Assembly (NCBI GenBank): GCA_963743525.1
Contig: CAVUQH010000003.1
Location: forward strand, 512,001-576,000
DNA from: an uncultured delta proteobacterium
GTDB lineage: Bacteria > Myxococcota_A > Polyangia > Haliangiales > Haliangiaceae
Direction: 5' to 3'
DNA: 64,000 nucleotides
The notes below the pieces were generated by a model, which was not told where the DNA came from, ran no database searches, and saw only the letters and a program-made list of their open reading frames with translations. This document shows positions 7,975-19,748 of this stretch, one piece after another; position 1 is the stretch's first letter, and the number at the start of each line of letters is the position of its first letter. The position numbers and the translations under genes were made by a program.

Positions 7975-10655
7975 CAGAACTGCCCCTTGATGCCGAGGGT
8001 GGGCAGGAACGGCACGCTGGTCACCGGCGCGCTGTCGCGGTAGCGGTAATCCCACTGCGTGGCCTCCACGTTGTCGAGGTTGAGCACGTTCTGGATGTCG
8101 AGGTAGAGGCCCAGCATCCAGGTGTTGAACACCCAGCTCTTCTCGACCCGCACGTCGAGCTGGTTGAAGGTCTTGCGCCGGGCGGAGAAGAACGGCCCCT
8201 CGAGCGGCGTGTAGCTGTTGGAGTCGGCGTCGAAGGTCGAGCCGACGATCGGCGTCTCCGGCCCACCGGTGGCCAGGCGGTAGCGGGCGCCGTATTCCCA
8301 GCCGCCGTTGGTGCGGTAGCTGGCCACCGCATTGAGCGTGTGCCGCTGGTCGAAGCGCGGCGGATAGTAGGTATCGCCGGGGTCGTGCCGGGTGCGCGTC
8401 TTGGACAGCGTGTAGCTGAGCCAGCCGAACAGGTGCCGCGTGATCTCGCGCTTGACCAGCAGCTCGAGGCCGACGGTGTCGCCGTCGCGGCTGCTGCGGA
8501 AGTTGACGTTGTGCGGCTCGCCGGTGACCGGGTTGACCTCGACGTCCTGGGTGAACGCGGCCTGATTGCTGCGGCTGATGTAGTAGACCTCGCCGTCGGC
8601 CGACCACTGCTTGGCCGGCTTCCACTCGGCGCCCAGGCCGAGGTGGATGCCGCGCTCGAGCCCCAGGTTGGGGTTGCCGAAGCGCGAGTCGAGACCCTCC
8701 GGCTGCGGCGGCTGGTGGTAGATGCCGGCGTAGCCCTTGGCCGCCCACTGGTCGTCGATCTGGTAGTGAGCCGACAGCCGCGGATCGATCGACCCGCGCG
8801 GCTTGCCGTCGAGGTAGTAGCCGTCGAGTCGCAGGCCGGGTACCACCCGCAGGCGCCTGGTCGGCCGCAGGCCGAGATCGACGTAGACGCCCCAGGCCAG
8901 GCTGTCGACCTGGAACTGCAGCTTGCTCGGGTTGACGTTGATCGGACCCAGCGGCCGGCGGATGTTGTCGTCGAGCGGGACCAGGAAGTGGTAGTGGGCG
9001 ACCCGCGCCTCCTGATCGAGGCCGGTGTCCAGCGTCAGCGTCGGCGACATCTCGCCGTGCAGGCGGATGCGGTAGCTGAAGACGTCGGCGTCGGCTTGCA
9101 CCGAGTTGAACGCGCCGCCGGCGTTGACCTGCGAGGCGTTGAGCGACAGCGTGTCGCGGCCGATGGCCGGCGACAGATCGAGGGTCAGGTTGTGGCCCAC
9201 CGGCCGGCGGTAGTTGCCGATCAGCCGCCAGAAGCGCACCGACGTGCCCAGGTCGAGCGAGGTGTCCTCTTCGGCCTTGGACTGGACCACGTCGAGCTGA
9301 TCCGACGAGCCGATGAACGTCACCGACAGCTTGCCCTCGCTGCCGAAGTCGTGGTCGTAGCGCAGGTTGGCGTCGTAGTAGATCGGCACCACGATCAGCT
9401 GGTTGCCGGGCTTCGGCTTGGGCAGGAAGAAGCCGAGCATGAAGTCGAGATACGAGCGGCGGCCGGCGATGGCCAGCGCACCGTGCTTGCCCACGGGGAA
9501 GCGCAGATAGCCGCCGGCGTCGAGGAGGTCGATGTCGGCCGAGCCGTGCACGCCGTCGGACTTGGCCGGGCGGGTCTCGACCGACACCACGCCGCCGTGG
9601 AAGCGGCCGAAGCGGGCCGGGAAGCCGCCGGGATAGAGCTCGATCGACTGCAAGAACTCGGGGTTGAGCACCGACGGCCCGCCGAGGAAGTGGAACAACA
9701 GCGGGATCAGGTGGCCGTCGAGGAAGACGCCGGAGTCGTCCGGGTTGGAGCCGCGGATGAGCAGGAAGCCGGTGGAGAACGGCGACCGCGCCAGCCCGGG
9801 CAGCGTCTGGATGACGCGAACCGGATCGCCGAAGGTGCCCGGCACCGTGGTCATCTGCCGGCGCTCGATGGTCCGCTTGGTCACCTCGAGGCTCTCGCGT
9901 TCGCCCTCGACCACGGTCTCGTACGGGTTGCTGCCCAGCGCGCGCAGCCACAGGCGGATGTCGAGCTTCTCGCCCCTGGCCAGATCGAGGGTGCGCTTGA
10001 AGCGGGCGTAGCGCTGGTCGACGGCGATCACCGTGTAGTGTCCCGGCGCGACGCCGTGGAAGTAGAAGCGGCCGTGCTCGTCGGTGACGGCGTTGACGCC
10101 GAGCTCGGAGATCGACACGATCACGCCGGCCAGCTTGCGCCGGGAGCCGCGCTCGAGCGCCACGCCTTCGATGCGGATCGGCAGCCGCGCGTCGCCACCG
10201 TGGGACGGCGGTCCCTGCGCGGCCTCGTCGGCGGGCGGCGCCGGTGGTGGCGGCGGTGGCTCGACCTCCTGCTGCTCGAGCTTGAAGTGGATCGTCGTCT
10301 CGACGACGATCGGCCCGGGCACGCCGTCGAACTCGGCCGGATCGAAGACGTACTGCTTGGCCGCGGCCACCGCCGCCTCGTCGAAGCCGTCGCCGGCCGG
10401 CGCGGGGACGTCGACCTGGGTGACCTCGCCGGTGGCGCTGACGTGGATGCGCACCACGACGTCGGCCTCCCGGCCGGCGGCTGCGGCAGCTTCCGGATAG
10501 ATCGGCGCCACCGCCTGCAGCAGCACCGGCGCCTTGGTCATCACCGGCTTCACGGCCGGCTGTGCCGAGTGGTCCTCACGCCGGGCGCCGTCGTCCTGGG
10601 CGTGCGCGGGCGCGGAGGCGGCAGCCAGCAGCACGAGAACGACGGCGACGCGCAT
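7974..10655 (-). CDS. TonB-dependent receptor with N-terminal TonB C-terminal domain and carboxypeptidase-regulatory-like domain
   Basis: Signal peptide; YPEAA...FDEAAVAAAKQYVFDPA TonB-C domain; plug PGTFGDPVRVIQTLPG; beta-barrel ending in terminal Phe (GIKGQF). Confidence 0.92.
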   Translation of the reverse strand: MRVAVVLVLLAAASAPAHAQDDGARREDHSAQPAVKPVMTKAPVLLQAVAPIYPEAAAAAGREADVVVRIHVSATGEVTQVDVPAPAGDGFDEAAVAAAKQYVFDPAEFDGVPGPIVVETTIHFKLEQQEVEPPPPPPAPPADEAAQGPPSHGGDARLPIRIEGVALERGSRRKLAGVIVSISELGVNAVTDEHGRFYFHGVAPGHYTVIAVDQRYARFKRTLDLARGEKLDIRLWLRALGSNPYETVVEGERESLEVTKRTIERRQMTTVPGTFGDPVRVIQTLPGLARSPFSTGFLLIRGSNPDDSGVFLDGHLIPLLFHFLGGPSVLNPEFLQSIELYPGGFPARFGRFHGGVVSVETRPAKSDGVHGSADIDLLDAGGYLRFPVGKHGALAIAGRRSYLDFMLGFFLPKPKPGNQLIVVPIYYDANLRYDHDFGSEGKLSVTFIGSSDQLDVVQSKAEEDTSLDLGTSVRFWRLIGNYRRPVGHNLTLDLSPAIGRDTLSLNASQVNAGGAFNSVQADADVFSYRIRLHGEMSPTLTLDTGLDQEARVAHYHFLVPLDDNIRRPLGPINVNPSKLQFQVDSLAWGVYVDLGLRPTRRLRVVPGLRLDGYYLDGKPRGSIDPRLSAHYQIDDQWAAKGYAGIYHQPPQPEGLDSRFGNPNLGLERGIHLGLGAEWKPAKQWSADGEVYYISRSNQAAFTQDVEVNPVTGEPHNVNFRSSRDGDTVGLELLVKREITRHLFGWLSYTLSKTRTRHDPGDTYYPPRFDQRHTLNAVASYRTNGGWEYGARYRLATGGPETPIVGSTFDADSNSYTPLEGPFFSARRKTFNQLDVRVEKSWVFNTWMLGLYLDIQNVLNLDNVEATQWDYRYRDSAPVTSVPFLPTLGIKGQF

Positions 10656-10742
10656 CAGCGGCCGGAAGTGTAGCAGAGCAGATCGCACGCCCCGCAGTTG
10701 GACCGGTTGACGGGGTAGACCGTTGCCTCTATGCTCGGCCCC

Positions 10743-12296
10743 ATGACCAGGGCAGAGAGAGGACGAGCGGCCGGAGCCATCGCATGCGCGCTGGCGTTGG
10801 CCACCGGGTGCGGATCGCAGACCCCGACGGCGACGCCGCCGGCCCCGGCGCCGGCACCCGCTCCGGCACCGGCCGGGGCGACGGCGGACGCGCGCGCGAA
10901 GCTGGAGCAGGCGCTGCGCCCGCTGACGCCGCAGGACGGCGCCGACCGCGCGATCTCGCTGGCCAGGGTGATTGCAGAGACGGTCGCGCCCGACGACGGC
11001 TGTCTGACCGCGGTTGCCTCGGGCGCCGCCGCCGCCACCGTGCGCGCTGCGTGCCCGGCCGATGGGGGACAGGACGCCTCGCTCGCCCAGCTGGTGCTCG
11101 ACCACGCGGGCAAGGTGCTGGCGACCGCCTATGCCGGCGCCGACACCGGTGCGCTCGACGAGCTCCTGGCCGCGCTGCCGATCGGTCTGCCGCTGCCGGC
11201 CAGGAGCAGCGCGTGCGAGCTGCCGGTGGTGGCCGGCGCCGACGTGAGCGCCGACTTCGGCCGCACCTATCTCGTCCTGGGTGCCGACGGCGCGCTCCAC
11301 GCCGGGCGCTTCCCGATGGCCACGGTTCACGCCGGTGGCGTCGACGTGAGCGTCGACCGCGGCGCACCGTTCCCCGGCGAGGCGGTCGCCATCGACACCG
11401 CCGCCGGCGCCGTGGCCCGGCTCCGCGGTGGCGCCCCGGAGTCATCGACCGGCGACGCCGCGATGAAGAAGAAGCAGCCGGCGCCGAAGGGCCAGTACGC
11501 GATCGAGTCGGCGGGCGCGAAGCTGCCGCTCGCGCAGGCGCCGCTGCTGCTGATGGCCGATCGGCGAGCGCCGGCGACCGGGACCGTCGACGTCGCGGCG
11601 CACGTCCTGTGGTCGGTGCTCGCGGTCGCCGGCCCGGGCGGCATCGCCGTGGCGCTGCCGGTCCACCTGCGGGTGGCGCCACCGGGAGAGCGCGGGCCGC
11701 AGCCGTTCGTCTCCGTGACCGACGACGACGTGATGGTCGGCGTCACCGGCGCAAAGCAGGTGACGAAGCTGGCGCGGGTGACCGACGGCAGCGCGGCCCC
11801 GGCCGGGTTGGCCGACGCGCTGTCGGCGGCGCGGGCGAAGGCGCCGGCCAGCGCCGAGGTTCGCCTGTTCGTCGATGGCCCGGCGACGACCGCCGAGCTC
11901 GCCCAGCTCCTGGCCGCCGCGCACGCCGCCGGCGTCGAAGCGGTGACCGTCGAGCTCGGCCAGCCCAAGCTCGCCCCGCCGCCCAGGCCAAAGGCGCGCA
12001 TCTTCGCGGTCGCGGTCAAGGGACGGCTGGCGGCGCCGGCGGTCGAGCGCGCGCTGGCTCACCACCGCGACGATCTGCTCGCCTGCTTCGCGACGGTGGA
12101 ATCCGCCAGGCCCGGCACCATCTCGGTCAGCTTCATCGTCGCGCCCACCGGGCGTTCGGCCGGCGCCCACACCAAGGGCGGCGACCCGAAGCTGGCCGCC
12201 TGCGTCGCCGACGTCACCGACACCTTGCGCTTCCCCCGCCCCAAGGGCGCCGCATCGGTCAGCTACAAGCTGGAGTTCTCGGTCGCCGCGGAGTGA
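10743..12296 (+). CDS. Lipoprotein with ExbD-like and AgmX/PglI (TonB-C-like) C-terminal domains
   Basis: LATGC lipobox; C-terminal LLACF...ISVSFIVAPTG...LAACV...LRFPRPKG.SVSYKLEF; TATGCT -10 box 7 nt upstream. Confidence 0.7.
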   Translation: MTRAERGRAAGAIACALALATGCGSQTPTATPPAPAPAPAPAPAGATADARAKLEQALRPLTPQDGADRAISLARVIAETVAPDDGCLTAVASGAAAATVRAACPADGGQDASLAQLVLDHAGKVLATAYAGADTGALDELLAALPIGLPLPARSSACELPVVAGADVSADFGRTYLVLGADGALHAGRFPMATVHAGGVDVSVDRGAPFPGEAVAIDTAAGAVARLRGGAPESSTGDAAMKKKQPAPKGQYAIESAGAKLPLAQAPLLLMADRRAPATGTVDVAAHVLWSVLAVAGPGGIAVALPVHLRVAPPGERGPQPFVSVTDDDVMVGVTGAKQVTKLARVTDGSAAPAGLADALSAARAKAPASAEVRLFVDGPATTAELAQLLAAAHAAGVEAVTVELGQPKLAPPPRPKARIFAVAVKGRLAAPAVERALAHHRDDLLACFATVESARPGTISVSFIVAPTGRSAGAHTKGGDPKLAACVADVTDTLRFPRPKGAASVSYKLEFSVAAE

Positions 12297-12922
12297 GCTG
12301 CGCGCCGGCACGACAGCCGGCTGACCGGGTGCCAGTCGTCGCCGCCGACCGTCGCCGCCTCGTAGCGCCACTGGAACGCATCGGCAGTGATGTCGTGGAA
12401 GGTGATGCGCGCCTGGTGCCGGCGGAACATCGGCCGGGCAAAGCGCTCGCCGCCCATGACGATGTCGTCGCCCTGGGCCTTTGCGGTGAAGTGGTCGAAG
12501 TCGCGCTGGCTGCCGGCTGCCCAGACCGCGTGCCACTCGCCCGCCTGCCGGTCGTAGAGACGCAGGTTGATGCCCGACGGCGCTCCCTTCCTGGCCGGCT
12601 CCCACACGTCGGCGATGGCGTGACCACCGAGGGTGTAGAACCAGGTCCAGGTCGCCTCGCCCGGGCCCGGCTTCCACGTGCCGTCCTCTTGCAGGGCTTC
12701 GCTGGTGCAGCGCCAGACCCCCACCAGTCGGCCGAACTGCGCGGCCAGCTCGGGCGGAGCGTCGGCCGCGGGCGCATCACTGCGCAGCGCGGTGAACGGT
12801 GGCGGTGGTTCGGGACAGCTCGGCGGCGCGGGTGCGGGCGCGGTCGGCGCGGGTGCCGCAGCGGCGCCGCACGCGGGCGACGCCAGCAGGGCGATCAGGG
12901 CCCAGGTCGTCGGTGGCTGCAT
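12263..12922 (-). CDS. Hypothetical lipoprotein (DUF1579-like beta-barrel)
   Basis: QFGRLVGVWRC, GINLRLYD, RITFHDITADAFQWRYE. Confidence 0.7.
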   Translation of the reverse strand: MQPPTTWALIALLASPACGAAAAPAPTAPAPAPPSCPEPPPPFTALRSDAPAADAPPELAAQFGRLVGVWRCTSEALQEDGTWKPGPGEATWTWFYTLGGHAIADVWEPARKGAPSGINLRLYDRQAGEWHAVWAAGSQRDFDHFTAKAQGDDIVMGGERFARPMFRRHQARITFHDITADAFQWRYEAATVGGDDWHPVSRLSCRRAAHSAATENSSL

Positions 12923-13011
12923 GGGCGCACGGTATCACCGGCGCCGTCCCGGCTCTGGTTCGGTTGCAGCCAACGGGGGTATCGGCGCTGGCGCCGGTGG
13001 GAGCCTCCAGA

Positions 13012-13981
13012 TCAGCGCAGTCCGCGCTGGCGCAACAGCTCGATCACCAGGTCGGGCCGTTCGGTCTGCAGGATGTTGACCTCCTGATCGACGACGGTGC
13101 CGTAGCCGGACAAGTCGTGCTGCGCGCCGGCCAGCACGTCCTCGACGAAGACGTCGCTGAACGAGCGTGTGCCGCGCGCGTGCACCGCCTGCGAGCCGGC
13201 CTCGCGGTCCGCAGCCTCCAGCTCGACGATTTCCGGCACCCGCGGCGCGAAGTGGTCGAGCTGAGAGCTGATCTCGTCGACCGACGCCGGGCGGATCTGG
13301 ATGTGCAAGTTGGGATCGATCGCCAGGGCCTGGTCGATCTTGTCGATGCTGGAGGTGTCGAACACCGCCCAGTTCGACGGCGTCGGCGTCGTGGATCGCC
13401 TGCACCAGGAGATCGACGCGGTCGGTCTTGTTGGCGTTGACCAGCACCACCACCTTGCCGCGGCAGGTCTTCAGGAGGTCGACCAGCGTCGGCACCCGCT
13501 CGCACGAGAAGTCGCCGGGCAGGTCACCGGCGTCCACGTGCAGCGCCTGGATCTCGGCCAGGGTCATATCGGCCACGGTGCCGCTGCCGTCGGTGGTGCG
13601 GTCGACGGTGGTGTCGTGGATGTTGACCAGCACGCCGTCGGCGGTCGGTCGCGGATCGGTCTCGACGAACTCGACGCCCAGCGCAATGCCGGCGCGATAG
13701 GCGGCCAGGGTGTCCTCGGGCGCGACCACGCCGAGCAGACCGCCGGCGCCGCGGTGGGCCGACACCTGCACGGTGCGGCAGCTCGGATCCAGCGCGCAGG
13801 CGATTGCCACGGAGCTGGCGCGATCGGGGATGCTCGTGGCGGTGCAGTCGAACAGCGACGGGTCGAGGATTGGCCCGGCGTCCGCCTGTGGCGGCGTGCT
13901 CGTGCCACCGCCGCCGCCACATGCGGCCAGCACGGCGGCGACCAGCATGGCCACGGCCGGTGTCGATCGCGGTCCCCTCAC
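13012..13981 (-). CDS. Glycerophosphodiester phosphodiesterase family lipoprotein (apparent +1 frameshift near 13375, probably a sequencing error)
   Basis: SAHRG, PEDTL, VETD, HD.TVDRTTDG; continues in ORF 13012-13365 ending ILQTERPD; one extra base at GTCGAAC. Confidence 0.85.
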
Positions 13982-14011
13982 GCCGGCGATGGTAGCGCGT
14001 ATAGTCGGGCC

Positions 14012-15232
14012 GTGGTGCGCCGACTGTTGCACGTGCTGTCGCAGCGACCGCTGCGTACCGGCAGCGGAGTGACGCTGGATGCGCTGGTGTCGCGGGCACA
14101 GGCGGCCGGCTGGGACCAGCGCGTGGTCTGTGCCGAGCCGGCGGGCGAGCCGGTGGCCTCGGTTGGCGGGCTGCCGGCGGAACGGGTCTCGGCGCTGGCG
14201 TTCGACAGCGCCGAGCTGCCATTCGACATCCCCGGAATGAGCGACGTCATGCCCTATCCCAGTCGCCGCTTCTCCAGCCTGACCGCCGGCGAGCTGGCGC
14301 GTTATCTGCAGGCGTGGCGGCAGCATCTGGCCCGCGTCGTCGACCTGCACCGCCCCGAGGTCATTCACGTTCATCACGTCTGGTTGGTCGCGGCGCTGAT
14401 GCGCGACGTCGCTGCCGACGCGTGGATCGTCGACCACTGTCACGGCACTGGTCTGCGCCAGCTCGAGCTGTGCCCCCATCTGGCCGACCAGGTGCGCGCC
14501 GGCTGCGCGCGCAACGATCGCTTTCTCGCCCTCCACGACGGTCATCGCGCCGAGCTCACTGCCGCGCTCGGCGTGGCGCCGGAGCAGGTCGCGGTGGTTG
14601 GCGCCGGCTATCGCGACGATGTCTTCGCGCCCGGCAGCGGCGGCGAGCCCGCCGACCCGTCAGCGATCGTCTTCGCCGGCAAGCTCAGCCACGCAAAGGG
14701 GCTGCCCTGGTTGGTCGACGCCGTCGAATCGCTGGCACGGCGCCGGCCGGTGACGCTGCACGTGGCCGGTGGCGGCTCCGGCGACGAGGCCGATGCGTTG
14801 CGCCAGCGCCTGGAGGCCTGTCCGTCGGTCGTGCTGCACGGCATGTTGTCGCAGCAGCAGCTGGCGGCGCTGCTCCGTCGGTCGGCGGTGTTCGCGTTGC
14901 CGTCGATGTTCGAGGGGCTGCCGCTGGCGCTGATCGAGGCCGTGGCCTGTGGCTGTCGTGCGGTGGCGACCGCGCTGCCAGGAGTCACTTCCATGGCGAC
15001 CGATCTGGGCGACCTGTTGCGCTGCGTGCCGCTGCCGCGCCGGGTCGACGTTGACCAACCGATCGCCGCCGACCTGCCCGCGTTCACCGCCGCACTGGAG
15101 GCGGCGCTCGACGACGCTCTCGACGCCGGTCGCACGGATCCCGCAGCCGTCGGCGATCGCCTGCGACCGTATGGTTGGGACGCCGTGTACGAGCGGGTCG
15201 AGCGCCTGTGGAACGCCCGTCCGTCGAGGTGA
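14012..15232 (+). CDS. Glycosyltransferase family 4
   Basis: HVHH, HCHGT, FAGKLSHAKG, PSMFEGLPLALIEAVACG; TATAGT -10 box 6 nt upstream. Confidence 0.92.
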   Translation: MVRRLLHVLSQRPLRTGSGVTLDALVSRAQAAGWDQRVVCAEPAGEPVASVGGLPAERVSALAFDSAELPFDIPGMSDVMPYPSRRFSSLTAGELARYLQAWRQHLARVVDLHRPEVIHVHHVWLVAALMRDVAADAWIVDHCHGTGLRQLELCPHLADQVRAGCARNDRFLALHDGHRAELTAALGVAPEQVAVVGAGYRDDVFAPGSGGEPADPSAIVFAGKLSHAKGLPWLVDAVESLARRRPVTLHVAGGGSGDEADALRQRLEACPSVVLHGMLSQQQLAALLRRSAVFALPSMFEGLPLALIEAVACGCRAVATALPGVTSMATDLGDLLRCVPLPRRVDVDQPIAADLPAFTAALEAALDDALDAGRTDPAAVGDRLRPYGWDAVYERVERLWNARPSR

Positions 15233-15307
15233 CCATGTGGGCGCGCGGCCGCACCGCACCGACACGACAAACCCCAACGGCGGGGCGGGGTTATACTCTG
15301 AGACCGG

Positions 15308-18300
15308 GTGGGGAACACGTACCAGTTCGCGGGTACGGAGCGCTTCGAGATCGTGCGCCGTCTCGGCGCTGGTGGCATGGGCGTGGTCTACGAAGCGTTC
15401 GATGCCGACCGCGGCGCGCGCGTGGCGATCAAGACCCTGTTGCGCGCCGACGGTGAGGCGCTGCTGCGCTTCAAGCGCGAGTTCCGCTCGCTGCGCGACT
15501 TGCACCATCCCAACCTGGTGACGCTGTTCGAGCTGATCGAGAACTCGGGCGAGTGGTTCTTCACCATGGAGATGGTCAACGGCGTCAACTTCCTGTCGTA
15601 CGTGTGGAACACCGACGCCAGGGTGCTGCGCAACCGACCGGGCGCGGCGCTGGCGCCGACCATGCCGCAGGCGCACCCGCTCGGCTCGCGCGCGCCGACC
15701 CAACGGCCCGACGTCCAACCGGACCTCGATCGATTGCGCGCGACTGCGCCGCAGTTCGCCCTGGGGATGGTTGCCCTGCACGAGGCCGGCAAGATCCACC
15801 GCGACATCAAGCCGTCGAACGTGATGGTCAACGACCAGGGGCGCGTGGTCATCCTCGATCTGGGGCTGGTGGCCGAGCAGGACAGCGACGCCCGCTCGAG
15901 CAGCGGCCACGTGATCGGCACCGCCGCGTACATGGCGCCCGAGCAGGCCACCGGTCGCGCGCCCGGGCCCGCGGCCGACTGGTACAGCTTTGGCACGGTG
16001 CTGTACGAGGCGCTGACCGGCGGCTTGCCGTTCGACGGCGCGCCGTTCGAGATCCTCCTGGCCAAGCAGGATCGAGAACCGCTGCCGGCCCACGAGATCG
16101 CACCCGAGGTGCCCGACGATCTCGATCGGCTGTGTGCGGATCTCTTGCGCCGCGATCCGGCAGCCCGTCCCACCGGCGCCGAGGTGATGCGTCGCCTCGG
16201 CGTGCTCCCTCAGGTGGTCGAGCTGGTGTCGGCGCCGTCGATCCTGTCCACGCCGCGCTTCGTCGGTCGCGAGCGCGAGCTGGCCGAGCTGGTGAGCGCT
16301 TACGAGACCACGCTCGAGGACCACGCCGTCGGCGTGATCGTCCACGGCGAATCGGGGGTGGGCAAGACTGCGCTGATCCGCGAGTCGGTGATGCAGGTCA
16401 CCAGCGACAGCTACGGCAGCGCGCGCCGGCCGCTGGTTCTGTCCGGTCGCTGCTTCGACAACGAGTCGGTGCGATACAACGCGTTCGACGGCGTCATCGA
16501 CCTGCTCAGCCAGTACCTGCGCCGGCTGTCCACCGACGAGGCCAGGACGCTCCTGCCTGCACACGCCGCGCTGTTGTTGCGCGCCTTTCCGGTGCTGGCC
16601 CAGGTCGAGGCGATGGCCAGCGTGCCGCTGTGGCGGGGCGAGTCGGGCGATCCCGACGAGTTGCGGACCAAGCTGTTGGCGGCCATTCGCGAGCTGTTCG
16701 TCCGCCTGGCCGAGCGAACTCCGGTGATCATCACCATCGACGACCTGCAGTGGGCCAACCGCGACAGCATGCTGCTCTTGCGCGAGCTGTTTCGTCCACC
16801 GGACGGTCCCCGGCTGCTGCTGTTGGCGTCCTGGCGGCCCGATACCGGCGCCGGCGATCCCAACGTCGCGCCCGACATCGACCTGTCCGACGACGTGCGC
16901 ACCGTCGCGCTGTCGGCGCTGTCGCCGGACGCGGCGCGCGAGCTGACTGCGGTACTGCTGGCCGGGGTCGGTCTGCCGATCGATCGCGCCGCCGCCATCG
17001 CCACCGAGGCCGGCGGCCACCCGCTGCACATCGATGCCCTGGTTCGCCACGCGGCGGTGTCGGGCGAAGACGCCGCGGTGCCGCAGCTGGACCAGGCGAT
17101 CCTGGCCCGCGTCGCGCAGCTGGACGCCGACGCTCGCCGGGTGATCGAAATGGTCTGCATCGCCGGCGCGCCGATCCCCCGCAGCGTGGTCGCCCGTGCC
17201 GCCGAGCTGGAAGAAGACGGCTGCGCCCGCGCACTGGGCCTCTTGCGCCTGCACAACCTGGTGCGCGCGTCCGGTGCGCGGCAGGCCGACGCGGTCGAGC
17301 CGTATCACGACCGCGTGCGCGAGTCGGTGGCGGCGGCGGTCGGCGACAGCGACAGGCCCCGCTACCACGGTCGCCTGGCGGTGGTGCTCGAGGCGGCCGG
17401 CGCCGACTCGCAGCTGCTGATGCGCCACCAGGAAGCGGCTGGCGACGACGAGCGCGCGGCGGTCACCGCGCTGCGAGCCGCGCACGAGGCCGACGAAGCG
17501 CTGGCGTTCGACCGCGCGGCCGAGCTGTACCGCGCGGCGCTGCGTCTGGGCTTCCCCGACGGTGCCGACCGGCGCGACATCCTGTGGCAGCTTGCCGAGG
17601 CGCTGACCAACGCCGGTCTCGGCGCCGACGCCGCGCCGGTCTACATCGAGGCCGCCGCTGGCGCCGACCCGGCGACCATGCTCGAAGGCTACCGCCGCGC
17701 CGCCGAGCAATACCTGATGACCGGCCATCTCGAGCAGGGGCTGGAGACCCTGCGCAAACTGCTGGGCGAGATCGGCGCTGGCTACCCGGCCAGCCCGGGG
17801 CGGGCAATGGCCAGTCTGCTGGCGACGCGGACGTGGCTGCGCGTGCGCGGCCTGCGCTGGAAGCAACGTGATGCCAGCACCATCGGTCGCGAGCGACTGA
17901 CTCGCGTCGAACGCCTTCCGCTCCGTGGCGCAGGGAATGGGCATGGTCAACAACATCCGTGGCGCCGCGTTCCAGTCGCGCGGGCTGCTCATGGCGCTGC
18001 GAGCCGGCGAGCCCAATCGCGTTGGCCGGGCCGTTTGTCTGGAGTCGATCTTCCTCGCCACGCAGGGCGGCCGCTCCATCCGCAAGGCGCGCGCGCTACT
18101 CGACAAGATTTCGCGGCTGCGCGAGAGCGATCCGGTCATCAACGCCTGGCACACCAGTGCCTCGGGGCTGGTGTCGTACTTCGAGGGCAACTTCGAACGC
18201 TGCAGCGAGCTGCTGGAGGAGGCCGAGTTGCTGTGGCGCGAGCAGACCGTCGGCGCGGTATGGGAGAAGAACAACATCCGCGTCTTTCGCCTGCTGGCGC

Positions 18301-19028
18301 TGCGCTTTCGCGGCCTGGCGACCGAGCTGGGACAGCTGGCCGACGACGCCATTCGCTACGCCTTGCGCAAGGGCGATCGCTATCTCGAGACCACCGTGCG
18401 CCGGCACTCGGATCTGTTGTGGCTGTGCGCCGACGATCCAGACGCCGCGCGCGCCAGCCTGGAGGCGGCGACCTGGGTGCCGCTGGGCGACGACTTCCAC
18501 ATCCAGCACTGGTACGAGCTCGAGGCCCTGGGTGAGCTGGCGCTGTACGAGGGCCGCGGCGCCGAGGCGTTGGCCGAGCTGCAGCCGCGCTTCGATGCGC
18601 TGGACCGGTCGCTGCTGATGCGCATCCAGACGATCCGGGTCATGGCGCGCTTCATCAGCGCTCGGCTGCTGTTGGCCCGCAACGGCGAAGGCGACATCCA
18701 CCGCGCCACGCGGCTGGCGCGCAAGCTGCGCCGCGAGAGCGCCGGCTACTGCCGGGCGCTGGGGCATTTGCTCGAGGGCGACATCGCCCACGCCCGCGGT
18801 CGCGATGACGATGCGGTGTCGTCGCTGGAGCGCGCAGCGATTCTGGCCAAGGGCAGCGACATGCGCCTGGTCGGCGGATCGATCGAGCGCGCCCTGGGCG
18901 TCGTGCGCGGCGGTGACGCCGGCGCCACCCGGGTCGAACGAGGCCGATCGCGCCCTGGCCGCCCTCGGCGTGCGCCGCCCCGCCTCCATCGCCCGCATCT
19001 TCGTGCCCTGCATTCTCGGCGCCTCTGG

Positions 19029-19032
<4 letters not shown>
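15308..19032 (+). CDS. Ser/Thr protein kinase with AAA ATPase and helical repeat domains (two apparent frameshifts near 17910 and 18937)
   Basis: [27 protein letters not shown]; Walker [14 protein letters not shown]; continues in ORFs 17925 and 18805; collinear with the paralog at 25583-29309. Confidence 0.9.
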
Positions 19033-19740
<708 letters not shown>

Positions 19741-19748
<8 letters not shown>

